This document shows, one piece after another, positions 36,646 through 49,990 of a stretch of 64,000 bases of DNA; the stretch's first letter is position 1, and each line of letters starts with the position of its first letter. A program made the translations under genes and the position numbers. The notes under the pieces were generated by a model. The model was given only the letters and a program-made list of their open reading frames with translations. It had not been told where the DNA came from and did no database searches. The DNA is from Lama guanicoe (Eukaryota): positions 3,191,130-3,255,129 of the forward strand of contig MU054391.1 in the NCBI GenBank assembly GCA_013239625.1, in the 5' to 3' direction.

Positions 36646-38456
36646 CAAGAGCTAACTATCATGAAGCTTTCTTTGGAAGCTGTCCTCACATCCTCACCTA
36701 TATTTTTATGAGGGTCAATCCGCCTTTCCTTATGTTCTTGGAAATTCTCAGCAAGGGAAACCTGCAATATCCCCCTCTCAGCTTTGTCTGGCAACTTGAG
36801 CAAGGTTCCCAGCTGCTCTGAGAGGCATTGCGATGGCAATTCGCCAAGGGTGATGCTTTAATCATCACGTTCCTCAGCAAGATAAACATAATGAGACTTT
36901 GCGACATCCTCTCTCACGGGACCCGTGAAAGGAAACCAGGCCCCACCGGCCCCTTCTCCATCTTCTCCTCAGAAAGGTTCATCTCCGCCCTCCCCGTACA
37001 TGCCCATCACCACCCCCCGACCTGCTCGGGCGGCCCCACCCCCGGGGCAAGGGCAGCTCCCCCGAGCACCTCGAGATTCCGAGTCGAGGCGAGACTTGTG
37101 GAAAAGCCTTCCATTTGCCTCGCATTTGGACTTAGGCCACGGGATTAACCTCAAAGTGCTTCCCTCGGGCAGATTCAAAATGAGCTTTAGACGATGTGAA
37201 GTCGGTCTTTGAACATTTGAGAAGAGGCCCCTGAATTCTGGAGGGTTGGCAGGCAGACAAGCAGGTGAGCAGCCCACTGCTCCTGGGCCTTTCAGCCAGT
37301 TAGGGGAAAATCAGGCTGGCCGAGGTCCTGAGTATGCTGCTTTCAGGAAGGGAATAAAATTATACTTTTTGCCAAAAGTCTCCTCTTGTGACCAGTGTGA
37401 TTTTAATTACATTTTTTTGGCATTGTCTAAAGCCCTGAACCAGAAAATTCACTTAATTAGAAACAAAAACAAACAAACAATTCCTCAAAAAAAATGAGTT
37501 TACATGCTAGAGGGAACATTAAGGGCATGAAACACGTAAGTTTCTAAGGAAATTATTTCAAAGAAAATATTTTCTTTCTCTTCAGGAAAAAAGGAGATTG
37601 TGAGAAAGTCATTAAGCATTCAAAGAGATTTCTTTGGGTTGAAGGCACACCAAAAAATGTAAAAAGGGAAGAGCAAGACAGAGTTTAAATAAATGTTGTT
37701 TAGACTGATTCTGTCCCTAATTTTCTGATCACTGTTAATCAGTGCAAGTAAAGCGTGGTTAAATTTATTTTGAAGACATGGAGACACATCTTCTGCGGGC
37801 AAATGCGTCTCTCTGTGCTCACAGGTGGCACCTGTGCCTGCGCACTGACTTAAGGCCATTATAATGCATTGCGCATACAGTTTATGGCAACTGAGTAATG
37901 TGTGTCTGGTGTACATCTTTATACATTTGGACTTCACTTTTTGTGGTATAACGGCCATCCGCGCTGTGTTACAGTGTTAAAAATGCATCACCCCTTGGCG
38001 CCTGTCAGAAGAGGGCCAAGCCCCCGACCAAGCCCCCGGCCGCGGGTGGACGGCTGGCTTCCAGCACCCGTGTGCCCCAGGCACGGACGCCCACTGTGCT
38101 CGGGCCGCACTGGCAGATTCAGTTCCGCTGGGCCTCCTGGGTGTCTCTGGGCCGTTCCACGGGAGAGCTCCTCATTTGCACCCTCTGTGGGTAGCCCTCA
38201 CCCTCCCACCAGCTTCTCTGTGAAGCTGTGGGGCCTTCCCACGCGCCCCCCGCCCCGCGGGCAGTCTCCCAGGGGCTCGCTCCTGCACCGGCCTCGCACC
38301 ACGTAGAGTGGTGCCACTGACGGTGTGTTTTCTGACTCAGTAACACTGGCCACCTTTTTCAGTGCCCCAGCTGGGCTCTTTCCTTCTGGGTCCCTAACCA
38401 CAGGGCTGCATCTGACCCGTACTGAGCGTGCAGTCAGATTTTGTTGATGGATCGTT

Positions 38457-38556
38457 AAAAAAAGGAAAAAAAAAAAAGGAAGGGAGGAAGAAAGGAAACA
38501 AGAAAAAAAAAAGAAAGAAAGGAAACAAAGGGGGAGAGGGAGGAAGGGAAAAAGAG
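38457..38556. repeat. Polypurine A/G tract
   Basis: Direct reading. Confidence 0.9.
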
Positions 38557-41500
38557 GCTCAATTATTCGGGGATTTTTCCATTACAGTTTTTAATGGCAA
38601 TGGATGAAAAGCTTTGGGGGGCAAATCCGGCGGTTGATGTCACACAGAGATGTGGGCTGAGGGCACTAACGGAGAAACGGCAAGGGGTCTGCAGGCCCCC
38701 TGAACAAATGCAAATGTGACTACAAGAGCAGAATGACAGTCCTCTATTTTTTCTTCTTTTAAATACCAGGTCTTTTGATCAAATCTTTAGGATTCTGATT
38801 ATTTAGAACTTCTACTTTTTTACCAGATTTTTAGTGTGCTAACTTCCTTTGTAAAAGACTTCTTTTAAGGTAAATACATGTTATTAAAAATAAAGGGGGA
38901 GAAGTTAAGTTTAAACCATTTTCAAAGGTTAAAAACTGCATTAGGACAAACGAGACTCCTTCATGAAGTCAGTAACCAAATCTCAGAAGTGTGTGTTATC
39001 TCCATGGAGAAAATTTGAGCTTAAGTGAAACCAGAGGAGGCGGGTCACTCCGTGCTGACCCCAAATGCTTCGCACTCGAGCCTGACTCCAATTCAGAACC
39101 TGCACAGAAAGGCTTTGTGGCCGTCTTGGGGTATTTATTTCAAGCTGATTTTTCATCGAAGTTAGAGGAAACTTGTAAAACCTGGGAGATAAACTGCAGA
39201 AAGGAGGCAAGACTCCAAGAGGCAGGTGTGCCTGGAGAGCCTGCTCATTTGTAAAACTCTGATTATTGGAGAAAAGAAAGAATTCTCTGGAAGAATGGCA
39301 TGAGCACCTCTCAGCCCAGAAACAGAAGGCGGTGCAAACTTACAGGAAAGGGGCCCAGACCTCAGGGAGCCATGCTGGGCTGCAAGCGCTCAGCTCTTAA
39401 CACCATACGGAAGAGGTATATCATCTTAGGAGAAAATTTGTCCTTAGTTGATGAAAAACATTGGTCTGTCTGCTCACTACAGTTCTCTAAACTGGTTCTT
39501 AGCTGGTGAGAATATTCTTTTTTAAAACTAGTTGCTGTATTTGTATCAATATAAATGATTGTCTTGATACGTTAGGTTTTTTACAGGATATCCTGAAGAT
39601 GTCTAGCCCCTTAGATGTTAGTGGCTGCTGTGTACATTTGGGGATCTGAGCTAAACAAATGCCAGTGAACCAAAGACTTCTTAAAGCCTCAGACATTTGA
39701 GGAAGCAAGGTCAGTTTTGCAAAGAAAAGGACTGTTCCCAACCCTTCGTTCTGCTTCTCGGTGTTGGTTATAGAAACATTCCTGGCAGGAGCAAACCTGG
39801 AGAAAGGCTGATTTAATATCATAGCACAGGCAAGCTGAATCATGCTTCTTGGGGTGTCTTATTCTAACTGTGTGGGATCCAAAAGAGAGAAATGCCTGCT
39901 CTCATCCCCAAAGCTGCTATTGGAAGATCAAGGACGGGACGTAGAAATCTGAAGTTTTAAAACATTCTCTGGTGACTCAGAAAGAGATGGCATTGCCTGG
40001 GAACCACCACTTAAGTTATTATCTTTAATGTTACATAAAAGGAAAATGAAATCTAACTATGAAATAAGTCACTGGCCTGTCCCACCCAACAGACTTCAGC
40101 TCTGTTACAGAAGTCCTCGCAAAGTCTGTCCCCACCTGCATTTCCTGGTGACGCACATCCCAGTGGCTCTGGGTGCCTCCTGGCTGACATGGCGCTGTGT
40201 GAGTCTGATCTAGCGGACGTATACCCAAAGAGCTTATTTTGAAAGCCAAACAGACTGCGTGTTCGTCTCGGTTCTGTCTTGAATTAGTAATTTAATTTAG
40301 AAAAGGGTTCTCCTCTGTCCAGGCCTCCTTCCTCATGTTCTAAATGAAAAGTTTGAAGGTAATTAAGACCTAAGTGCAGTTTTGCTCTGACTGAGTAGAA
40401 AGATGTTACAGAACGTTACTGTTATATCTTAAATTTTGCTTCAATTTCATACGTACTCTTGACAACTTTCGCCCAAGTTACATACTTGAGGGCAAAGTGG
40501 ACTGGGTAAGTAATTCCTGGAGCCAGCAGGGAAAAAAGCCAGCCAGACGGCTGACCACACTCAGGACTGATCCCACCAGAGTGACTCACGCATACCATTT
40601 GCTTCAGTGCACTGGTCTGAGTGATCACAGGAGATCAAAAGTCAGACTCATAACAGGAAGTGCATCTAAAATTATAGCCCCTCCCTGAACCTGACCTTCC
40701 TGCTATCTGTTCTTTTTGAAGGGGCATAATTGGGCCGGCTCTGGTTACCGAGACAGAGCCAAACGGTCAGAAGGAGGGTGCACCCCCCGCATCAGTCACA
40801 GAAGAGGGCTTCTTTGTGCCTGCCGGCTCCGGGCAGCAGGGCCGGGGTCAGTTCCCAGCTTTATAACTGCAGATCATTTTCGGCTTCAGTGCTTAGCGAG
40901 GACCCAAGTTTCTCCAGATGGCTTTTCTATGAAAAGGTGAGTGTCTGACCATCCATCTTGTCCCTCTCCCTGAAATTTTTGAACTTTTTCTTGAGAAAAA
41001 AACTCTAACGAACTCCAGTGAGCTTCCTTTTGGGTCTTGGGCAACCTCTGGTGCCAAGCAGGGCGGCGAGCCTGCCGTGTGAGGGGGGCGAAAGCTGTTA
41101 TCTGATCCTCAGACGGCTCCCAATGGGGCAGGGCTTAGAAGCTCAGATGGCCTCGAAAATAATGGTGTGCCTAATTTCTATTACGTGTAAATAGATTTCA
41201 AAGAAATAAAGATGTATTGGATTAGTGTCATAATCTATCTGAAAGCTTTATATATAAAAATAAACACATATGTATATGTATTATAAGTACATGACTTATA
41301 CCTATATAAATTTAATTATAAATATATATAATCTATATTTTACATACACACACACACACACACATACACTAATACATATTTAAAGCAAAACAAATGATCA
41401 GAAGAAGATGTAACTAGAAAGGCTTTTTTAAATGTGAAGTCACTCATCAGTTTCACATGCTGGCATCTCACTCTAGAACTCCAACCCGTGCGGCGTGCCA

Positions 41501-44500
41501 GGGACAGGGAAGCAGGTGGAGAAACCGTGCACGCAGGTCACTCCCCTGTCTGTGCCCTGGACGACCGCCTCCTTCTCCACCTTCTCGGGCTGCTGGACTT
41601 CCATTCTCCTCCAGATCCTTGCTGAACCTGCTCTCGTGTCCTCCGATGAGGAGTTCTTTCCTTCTTCCAGAGCAGGCACCATGCAGTGTTGAGTTTGCCC
41701 CCAACTCCTGTCTCTATCGAACTCCTCGAAGGTCAGGGCCACATGCTTTTATGTGGGTCCCCAGCTCCAGACAGAGGCCTGAGTGAAACCAGATAGAGTG
41801 TGGGGTAGGATGATGACCAGGGCAGTGAGAATGTGAAGGTGGGAAGCCACGGTACCGAAGACTTCTTTGGCAAAGTCAGGGTATGACCGTGACACAGGCA
41901 ACTGAGCTGGGCATGGAAGAATGGTCACTGGAGATGAAGATGTGAAATTGTAGAGAATCAAGCAGAGCCTTTATGTTACTGTTCAGGTCACCTGGAAAGG
42001 CGCCAGGAGAAGTGATGGAGAGTCAACAGTAGCCACGTTCTAAGGAATGAGCAGGAATGACTGGGGATTTGGTGGATGACAGCAACGGGACAGCATGAGG
42101 TTAGTGATTTGTGTTCTAAGGAGATAGGAATTTTTTTAAAGGGGAATTAAAAAACATTTTATATTAAACTATTAGGTCTTAGGTCAGGGTCCATCGACAC
42201 TGCTAGTGAGGACCACAGTGACAGCCACAGCCAGACTCGTCCTGTCCCACTTGCTCTTGTGTCATGAAGAGCGGCTGATGGAGGGTGCTGGGGTCTTCCT
42301 CAGCGTGGAGCCGCTCTCCAGGTGGCCCAGTGCCAAGCCCCTCTCCAGCCGCAGAGCCTCTCAGGTCTTCCATTCTGATGCCCTTCTTGTAAGAACGTGG
42401 GCATTACACACAGTCGTGCACTTATGTCTTCTGCAACGATTCAGGGCTGCATCTCTCGCCGTGGGACAAAATAAGACTCCAGCCCATCTTATGTTCAAGA
42501 AGAACGTCTACAGGTGCACCAAACAGCATAAGCGAGGTCACTCAAAGCTACTCCAAGAGCGTAGAGGAGCCAGCCTCTATCTGTATTTGGAACTCTTTAA
42601 AAGGACTCAAATGTGCTTATCTTGAGGGAAAACGTACACTGTCAGGGTGGAAAAGACAAGGGAGGACGTTCTCGGCAGGGAGAAGAGCCTGCGCAAACGC
42701 ACAAAGACATGAGCGAGGACATCACGATGAGGGGGACGGGGCCCAGCTGCCCGCGCGGGCGCGCACAGGGCTAGGACCGAGGCAGAGGGGAAGCTCGTTA
42801 ACAGCTGTTGCAGACCAAACCCTCGCCCCGGGGAAATGCTGTATCTGATCTAATGGCTTCTTGCCCAACTCTCCAGTCTCTTGGAACCTGGCTGTCCGGG
42901 TGTGAGCGGCGGCGACCAACTGAAACGTAAGCGGTGACATCACAGCTCGTGTTTTCAGGCCCTCTGCACGGATAACGGGCTCAGTATTCAAGCGTCTTGT
43001 CTGTTTCACAAACGATGGAGGCCCCGTGTATCTTTTGTAAAAGGTAAAACCGGACGGAAGTGCACCGACAGGAATGGTAACAAGGCCCCGCCTCCTCCCG
43101 CGTCCTGGACCCTCTGACGGAGGAGCCCAGGGCGGTCTTCCCAGTCCCGAGAGTTGTTTTGGAAGTGGCTGGGCGGCCCTCAGCTGAGCCCTGTGCTCAG
43201 GGCATTACCAGATTTGTCCCAAGTCCTCTCTCATGGCGACACCACCAAGATGATAACAGAAACACCACTTTCGTTTGCAGAAAGCACTTCACAAACATCC
43301 CACGTTCAGTGTGAGGCAGGATCTGTGTTATTAATTCCAATCTGAAGTTGGACCCAGAAGCTCGGAGAGGTCACACAGCTACAAAATGTCCAAAAATATG
43401 GCAACTGATTTTTATTTTTGTAATCTTGAGCTCCTTTTTTTTTTTTTTAAATCATGACTTAAAACTTTACAAACCAGTTATCAGCGCCATTTGAGCATCA
43501 TCAGATTGTAACAACCCCTCTCAGACAGACAGTCCTTTCTCTGGGTAGCTACGATTTCTCTTCTCAAGAGTCACAGCCATCAACTCTTTAACTGTGGTTG
43601 CCTTAAAACATTTTAATAAGATTCGTACACAGATTTCTATTATTTAATGGATGTTTATTTTAAATAGCTAGTCACTTACGCATTCAGGCTAAAATAACCC
43701 CTCTGCTCGATCTTCCTTAAATGGCTAGTGTATTATTTTCAACTGCATTCAAGCAATAAAGTAACAGAAAGGCAATTCCATTGATGAACCAAGCAAAGTT
43801 GAATGTTAAAAGCAAATTCTTTCACGTACTGATACAAGATGCAGTGACTCTAAAGTTTAGAGTCTCAACCAAATTGGGTTCCCAAAGCTGTAAGTTAAGT
43901 GCTTTGATGTGCTGTGAAAAAATAAAAATAAGTAAAAATACATCTTATGCATCCATGAGAATCTGGCCCTTTTACTTCTCAGATTTTTTGTAGCAGACTT
44001 TCCTTACCAAGCAGAATCTTTTAGTCCCTGGATCCAAATGTGGCAGCACTCCGGTCCCGGGGCTAAGTGTGCTCTTGGGTTAAAGGGTTTTAGGAGATAG
44101 GCTGGGGCTTCATTCAGCAAGAATTTAATGCGTGTCTACTATAATCCCAGCCATGAGAAAGTTTTCCAGAGATAAAGCAATATGTGTCCTGTTTTGAAGG
44201 ATCAGGGCTAGTGAGGGCACTAGAGAAGTCGTCCAAGGCTCCAGGCGGAGGCCTTTAATAGGACCCGGGACACAGAGAAGAAGCCGAGGGGCCGGGTCCT
44301 CACTGCAGACAGAACAAGTGTGAATGCGCAGAAGTTGAAGGCACAAAGTGAGTCGGGCATGTCTGCTGAACCGCAAGCCAGACCAGATGGTGAGGGGTCT
44401 GGAAGGCTGGCAGGCCCGCGTTGGTGTCCCCCCATGGCTGATAATGAGGCTGCTGTCTCCACCTGAGTCCCTGTCTTTGCAACCAACTCAGGGCTCAACC

Positions 44501-46262
44501 TGCCCGCTCTCAGTGCAGCCTGCACTCCTTCCCCCGGAGACACCTGCCCCCGCCTCCACCCACGTGGCTGCCCTCCGCCGAGGGGCCTGTGGGCATTGGC
44601 AAGTTCCCCCCGTCCCCGCTCCTTCTGTCTCGCCCACCTTCCATGTTAACCCTTGTCGATTTTCTGCACAACATCCATTATTGATTTGTTTTCTATTAAC
44701 AGACCCCTAAGGAATCTTTTAAGGGTATATAACCACCTTTTAGGAAAAAAAAGAAATGACCCTCGGCCTGAATCAAAGGTAAATCCCCACTTGTGTAAAC
44801 CAGTCATAATAATTCCATCCTTCCGGCCAGCGCTTGGTTTATGTCAGTGGTTCTGTGATGTAGTTCTCACTGGTAAGATGTGAGGGCAGGCCAACTGAAA
44901 AACCAACGGTTTCCCCTTAGTTAAAACAAAACGAAACAAGGGCATGCAGCAAGCAGTGGTCCCTTCTGTTGCTGGATGCGGACCTGCCTGAATACATGGT
45001 CCAGCACCGCAGCCTCCATCCTGACACCAAGAAGAGAGCTCACCTGCGAAGGGGTGAGCAGAGAGGCAGATGCCCGAGGCCTCGGGAAGTATTCCACCCT
45101 GAGGCCACCCTGCTTCAGCTGAAATAATAAAAGTCTTTGTTTTCTTCAGCAGCAGGTGAGTCAAGGCTTCAGTTACTTGCACCCAAGAGCACTGTGATTG
45201 AGTCTCTCTGTCTCCAAACGTCTGAACAGGATTCCACAAAGTCGGATGTGTTTCCTTTGGATTTAGTGTTCTACCTCCCAGGGCAGTAGGGATCCAATAG
45301 CTTTGAAAACAATTCGGTTTATGGCTCTGTCTTGTGACCACACCTTAAAAGAAAAACAACTGGAGGGGTCACCTCCAGATTTGGAGGCTGTATCTGGAGT
45401 GATCTTAAGTAACACGTGAGCACTAGGAAATTTACTAAATTTACTGGGGAAAAGCTCTGGGGTGGAGGTGGAAAGACACAGAAAAGATAAGCAGTCCTTC
45501 TTTGACGTGGCTAAGAATGAAATGCCTTGAGATGTCTTGTGGATGCCTGAGATGCTAGGGCAGAAAAACATAAGCCTGGGTTCAGCTTAAACCCAACTAA
45601 AACAGAAACCGAGGGGACTAACGCACAAACACGGAGGATTTCTGGTCAAGCAGGTTTTACTAGGAGACTCTAGAAATACTCCAGGGTTACTTGTAGCAAG
45701 GTTTTATTTATTTAAGAGTGGTTTGAGGATGATACTGAAGAATCAGTAGCCAGTGCACTAAAGAAATGTAGGACATTGTATGTACCAGCTACTAAGACCA
45801 GCTGCAATTGACCAGAATTATCTTGAATTCAATTATCTATTTCCCGTTTGCCAAAAGCTTACTGGAGAGTAATACTATTACAGCAAAGGTATGCATTCGA
45901 TCCCTTAATTTACACACTGTCCTCCTTTCTTATTCATTCAAGTATTTTTGCAACAAATCTTTATTTTGTGTGTGTCATATGTAAAGCACCAATCCAGAAT
46001 TCTGAGACCCAGCAGTAAAAAAACAAGCTACATTACTATCTTTAAGAAATATATATTCTCATTGGAAAAGAAACATTAAACAGGGAAAGGAATGTAATGA
46101 TTTCAAATATTAATCAAAGCTGTGAAGAAAAGTGAAAGGAATGGAGATAGAGTGGGAGAGTGAAGAAGTGGGCATTACCTGGAAGGGTTTTGGAAAGACG
46201 GTCTCTGTGTTGAGATCTGAATCTTTAGAAGGAAGCTTACCAGTAAGATCTGAAAGAGAGAA

Positions 46263-46432
46263 CAGTCTGTGTACCCGGAGGGTCCCACCGACTGCAGATG
46301 CAGGACCTGTGGGTATGGGGTGGGGGCGCTCACTGTACCTGGCCACTTTATAGAAGGAACTGGAGCATCTGTGGACTTTGGTATCCAAGACGGTCCTGGA
46401 ACCAATCACCCATGATAGCAAGGGGTGACTGT
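46263..46432. mobile_element. TcMar-Tigger (MER2/Tigger3-like) non-autonomous DNA transposon
   Basis: Ends 'ggtcctggaaccaatcacccatgatagcaaggggtgactgta' with TA; cagtc...gactg terminal inverted repeats. Confidence 0.7.
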
Positions 46433-48054
46433 ACTGCAGACAGAGGCACGAGCAGGTGCAAAGACAGCAAAGAAGAGATGGTTTGAGCCAAGTGTTTTCT
46501 CAACATGACCACAGCTGGTGACGGAGGGGACAGTACCGAGAGAAGATGTTAGCAGGGTGGGCAGGGATGGGTCTTGCAGCATCTGGCGGCTCTAGGGGGA
46601 GAGTTAGGAGGCACAGGCTCTCCGCTGTGAGGACAGAGCTGTGGTCTGGCAAGAGATTAGCCGTGAGACGAGGAACTGGTTCCTCCTGGAGACGTGGAGC
46701 AACACACCCTGGACACCCGTGGACCACAAAACAGCATTTTGGAATTACTTTGTTAGAGTTGTTAACAAGTAAGACTTTGTCTTGAAGCCACTGGTTTCCG
46801 TTGAGGAACTTAAAGAAACCTTCCTATGAGCACCATGGGTGGATTTATTTTAAGCAGACGAAGACAGGTTCACACCATGTGTATCATTCAACACATTGGA
46901 AGGTGTTCTCCTCGAGATAATTTTTTGGAAAAAAGTAACTGAAACAACTGATGCTCTGCCTCCTCCTAATTTCTCAGTAAATGCACTTGACCAACTATCC
47001 CCTTTGCTTTTTATTTTGTTCAACTCCTACTCAACTTGAAACTTTTTTATTGACTTAAAAAAGTACCGAGGTAGCACATGCATAGAGAACATTTCACATA
47101 ACAGGGGTATACAATTGGTGAACTTTCACAACCCACACACCTGCATAATCAGCACTCAGACCAAGAAACAGAATGTTTGCAGAACCCTGAAAATCTTCTT
47201 TGTACCCACTCCAACTGACCCGAGTTTATCTCATTGTGAATCACACATTTAATAACACTTCCTCTCGCACGTGGGCTGGTGGGAAATCCAGAACCCTGTT
47301 TGGGGCCATGACTAGCAAATGTCAGAACCTCACGGTGGCTTTGTACGTAGTGACCTCCCACTCACGGTTTTGTTCACATCTTCCTCGTAACCTTTGTCAT
47401 TCGCCTGATTTTTGGTCTTTAATTTCTCTCAGTGTCACTGGGTATAAATTTGTAAGCCACAGAGAACTTTTGAGGAGCAAAAGGACATGGAGATACAACC
47501 TGTGACTATTGTGTTTCCATAAGGCTTACTCCAGCCAATCTGGATTCTAGTCCCGAAGCTAGAAGAGTGAAGCAGGAAGGCAGATTGGCCCTGACCGCAC
47601 AAATGCCTGGGCGAGAGTAAAGCACACGGGCCAGGACACCCGCCTAAAGCCGCACCCCAAGGGCCTCTGGCAGAGGCCACGGGCCCCTGTGTCGTTTCAC
47701 ACGGGAGATGTCACACCCACACCCTGGATCACGTCTCCGCTCCAGGGACCGGGGGCTTGGCTACTGTGGGGAAGCCAAGGCATGCCCTCCGCTTTTCAGA
47801 GCCCAGGAAGAGACGTATGAGAGGAGCCCAGCATCAGTGGCCGGCTGGTTAGGATGGCCCCCGACTAGGAGAGTGATCGGGGTGTGGCGCCCCCTGCAGG
47901 CACGCAAAAGCCCTACATTCTCCTGTCCGGCCCGTGAATATAATTTCTACCTGGTTCTTCCTGTAAGTCGGCTGATACCGTTAACAAAGTGCTCTGATCC
48001 CGAGTTTAAAACGTATTTAATCATTTTAATCTACTAGGCATTTCAAGGTCTTTA

Positions 48055-48892
48055 TTGATTTTTTAAAATACATTTTTACTTTAGAACAGCTTTAGATTTT
48101 TTTTTTAAATGCAAAGATAGTTCAGAGTTCCCGTCTCTCTCACGCCCAGTTTCCTCTCATTAACATCTGACTTTAGTGGGGGACATTTCTCACACTCAGT
48201 GAACCAGCATTGATATATTATAATTGATGAAGGCTCTGCATTATTCAGATTTCTTGGGGTTTTACCAAATGTCCTTTCTCTCTTCCAAGACGCCACGTTA
48301 CTGCTACATTCCATGTCCCTTCTGGCTCCTCTTACCTGTGACGGTTTTTCAGACTGCTTGTTTTGGATGACCTTGAAAAGTTTGAAGACTATTGGTCAGA
48401 TATTTTGTAGAATGCCTCTCAATTTGGATTTTCTGGTGATACTCGCAGTGTTGGGAAAGACCTCAGAGGGAAGGTGGCATTTTTATCTTCCCACATGGAT
48501 ACAAACTATGAATATGACTCGTCATTGTTGACGCTGACTGCAGTCACCCGCTGAGGTGTTCGTCAGGTTTCTCTGCTGTAAATTTACTCCTCACCACCCC
48601 CTTTCCGCATAATAATATTTGCAAGCAAATCTTTCTTCAGACCACATTTAAGGTGTGTTGAGTCATTCTTCCTCTTTCTGAGAGCAGAGAATCTAAATTA
48701 TTTGAGATTCTTCTCTGTATGGGCTGTTTGTCTGTTCTCCTCCATTTTTTATGTATTTATCTAGTCACTTATTTACACCAGTATGGACTCATGGGCATTT
48801 TATAATTTGGGTTACAATTCAATACTGTTTTATTTATTTTGTTGCTCAATTGTTTCCCCAGCTTTGGCCATCAGAAGCTCTTTCAGTTGACT

Positions 48893-48967
<75 letters not shown>

Positions 48968-49565
48968 ATGTGTTTGCACTACTGTGTTTTCTGGTGCTGC
49001 AAGATGCTTCAGGTTTATCTTGTAAAATGTCTGCCCTAGTCTTAGAATAAGCAAGCTCTCCAAGGAGTTTGGGTCCTCGTATTGGAGAATGGTGTTAGAA
49101 ACCAAAGTCTAGGGATTAAGTGCACTCATTACTACAGGGTGTCCTTGTTTCTAGACCCTCTTGGCTGACAGAAGAAGGAAAGGCACGTGTGCTAGCCTGT
49201 GTTCATACATACATCTGTAAATATGTCTGTACGTAACCTCTGTCTGTATAAAGCTAATTGTGAGTGTACCGATGTCCTTAGCTCTGATTAGTGTTAGCAG
49301 ATGACTCCTTCTAGCCTGCTCGCCTTCCTTATCTGTAACTTCCTGCTCAAACAGTGAGGAACTGGACTCTGATCATTTTTTGCCACCCATTCACTAAACT
49401 GTTCAGCTCCAGTACATGCATATATAGTGGCAACAGAATTGTTAACCTGTGCCATCATGAGAAACAACTTTATCGACCAGAGTACACGCCTTACATGTAG
49501 TTCCTTTTGTTCTTAGTCTTGTTGACGCCACTCATTCCCAATGTCATGCTTATTAATTTTTAAAA
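48055..49565 (-). mobile_element. L1MC-type 3' region
   Basis: Reverse L1MC text (tttagaacagctttagatt, cagtatggactcatgg, tattggagaatggtgttagaaaccaa), interrupted by (TG)n. Confidence 0.8.
48895..48966. repeat. Perfect (TG)36 microsatellite
   Basis: Direct reading. Confidence 0.95.
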
Positions 49566-49769
49566 AGAAGAATGACACCATAAAATATTTCATTCATACA
49601 AGTACCAAATGCAGGCACATACAACTATCTATGTTTTGGTTTTTTTGAACAATTTTTTAAGTAAGCCTTGTGTGACCGATTCACTTACCAATCTAAATAG
49701 TCAAGCAACACCAGCACTGGAGGTTAATCAGCATGTTCTACTGTGTAACGTGATGGGAGAGAATGAAAG

Positions 49770-49990
49770 CCGCAGAGTTAAGCAGAGGTGACACAAGGTA
49801 CATTGACTTTGAAGTCAGCTTTATTATTTTCTAGGACTATGACTTTGGGTCCATTACTTGGTCTGTCTGAGCCACAATTTCCTCATGTATGCAAGAGGGC
49901 TTACTGAGAAGATTAAGGAAATGTCCACGTAAGATCCTTAGCAGAGAGGCTCATTTGATGTAGACATTCAACAAATGCTGTTTTTAGTTT
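49770..49990 (+). mobile_element. MIR remnant
   Basis: tgactttggg...ctgagccacaatttcctcatgtat...cattcaacaaatg. Confidence 0.65.

Noticed and set aside
38986..39254. Plus-strand 87-aa ORF with exon-like look
   Set aside because: Poor acceptor tract, no recognisable protein, isolated.
41473..41742. Minus-strand ORF with a charged stretch (MEVQQPEKVEKEAVVQ)
   Set aside because: No recognisable homology or retrocopy hallmarks.
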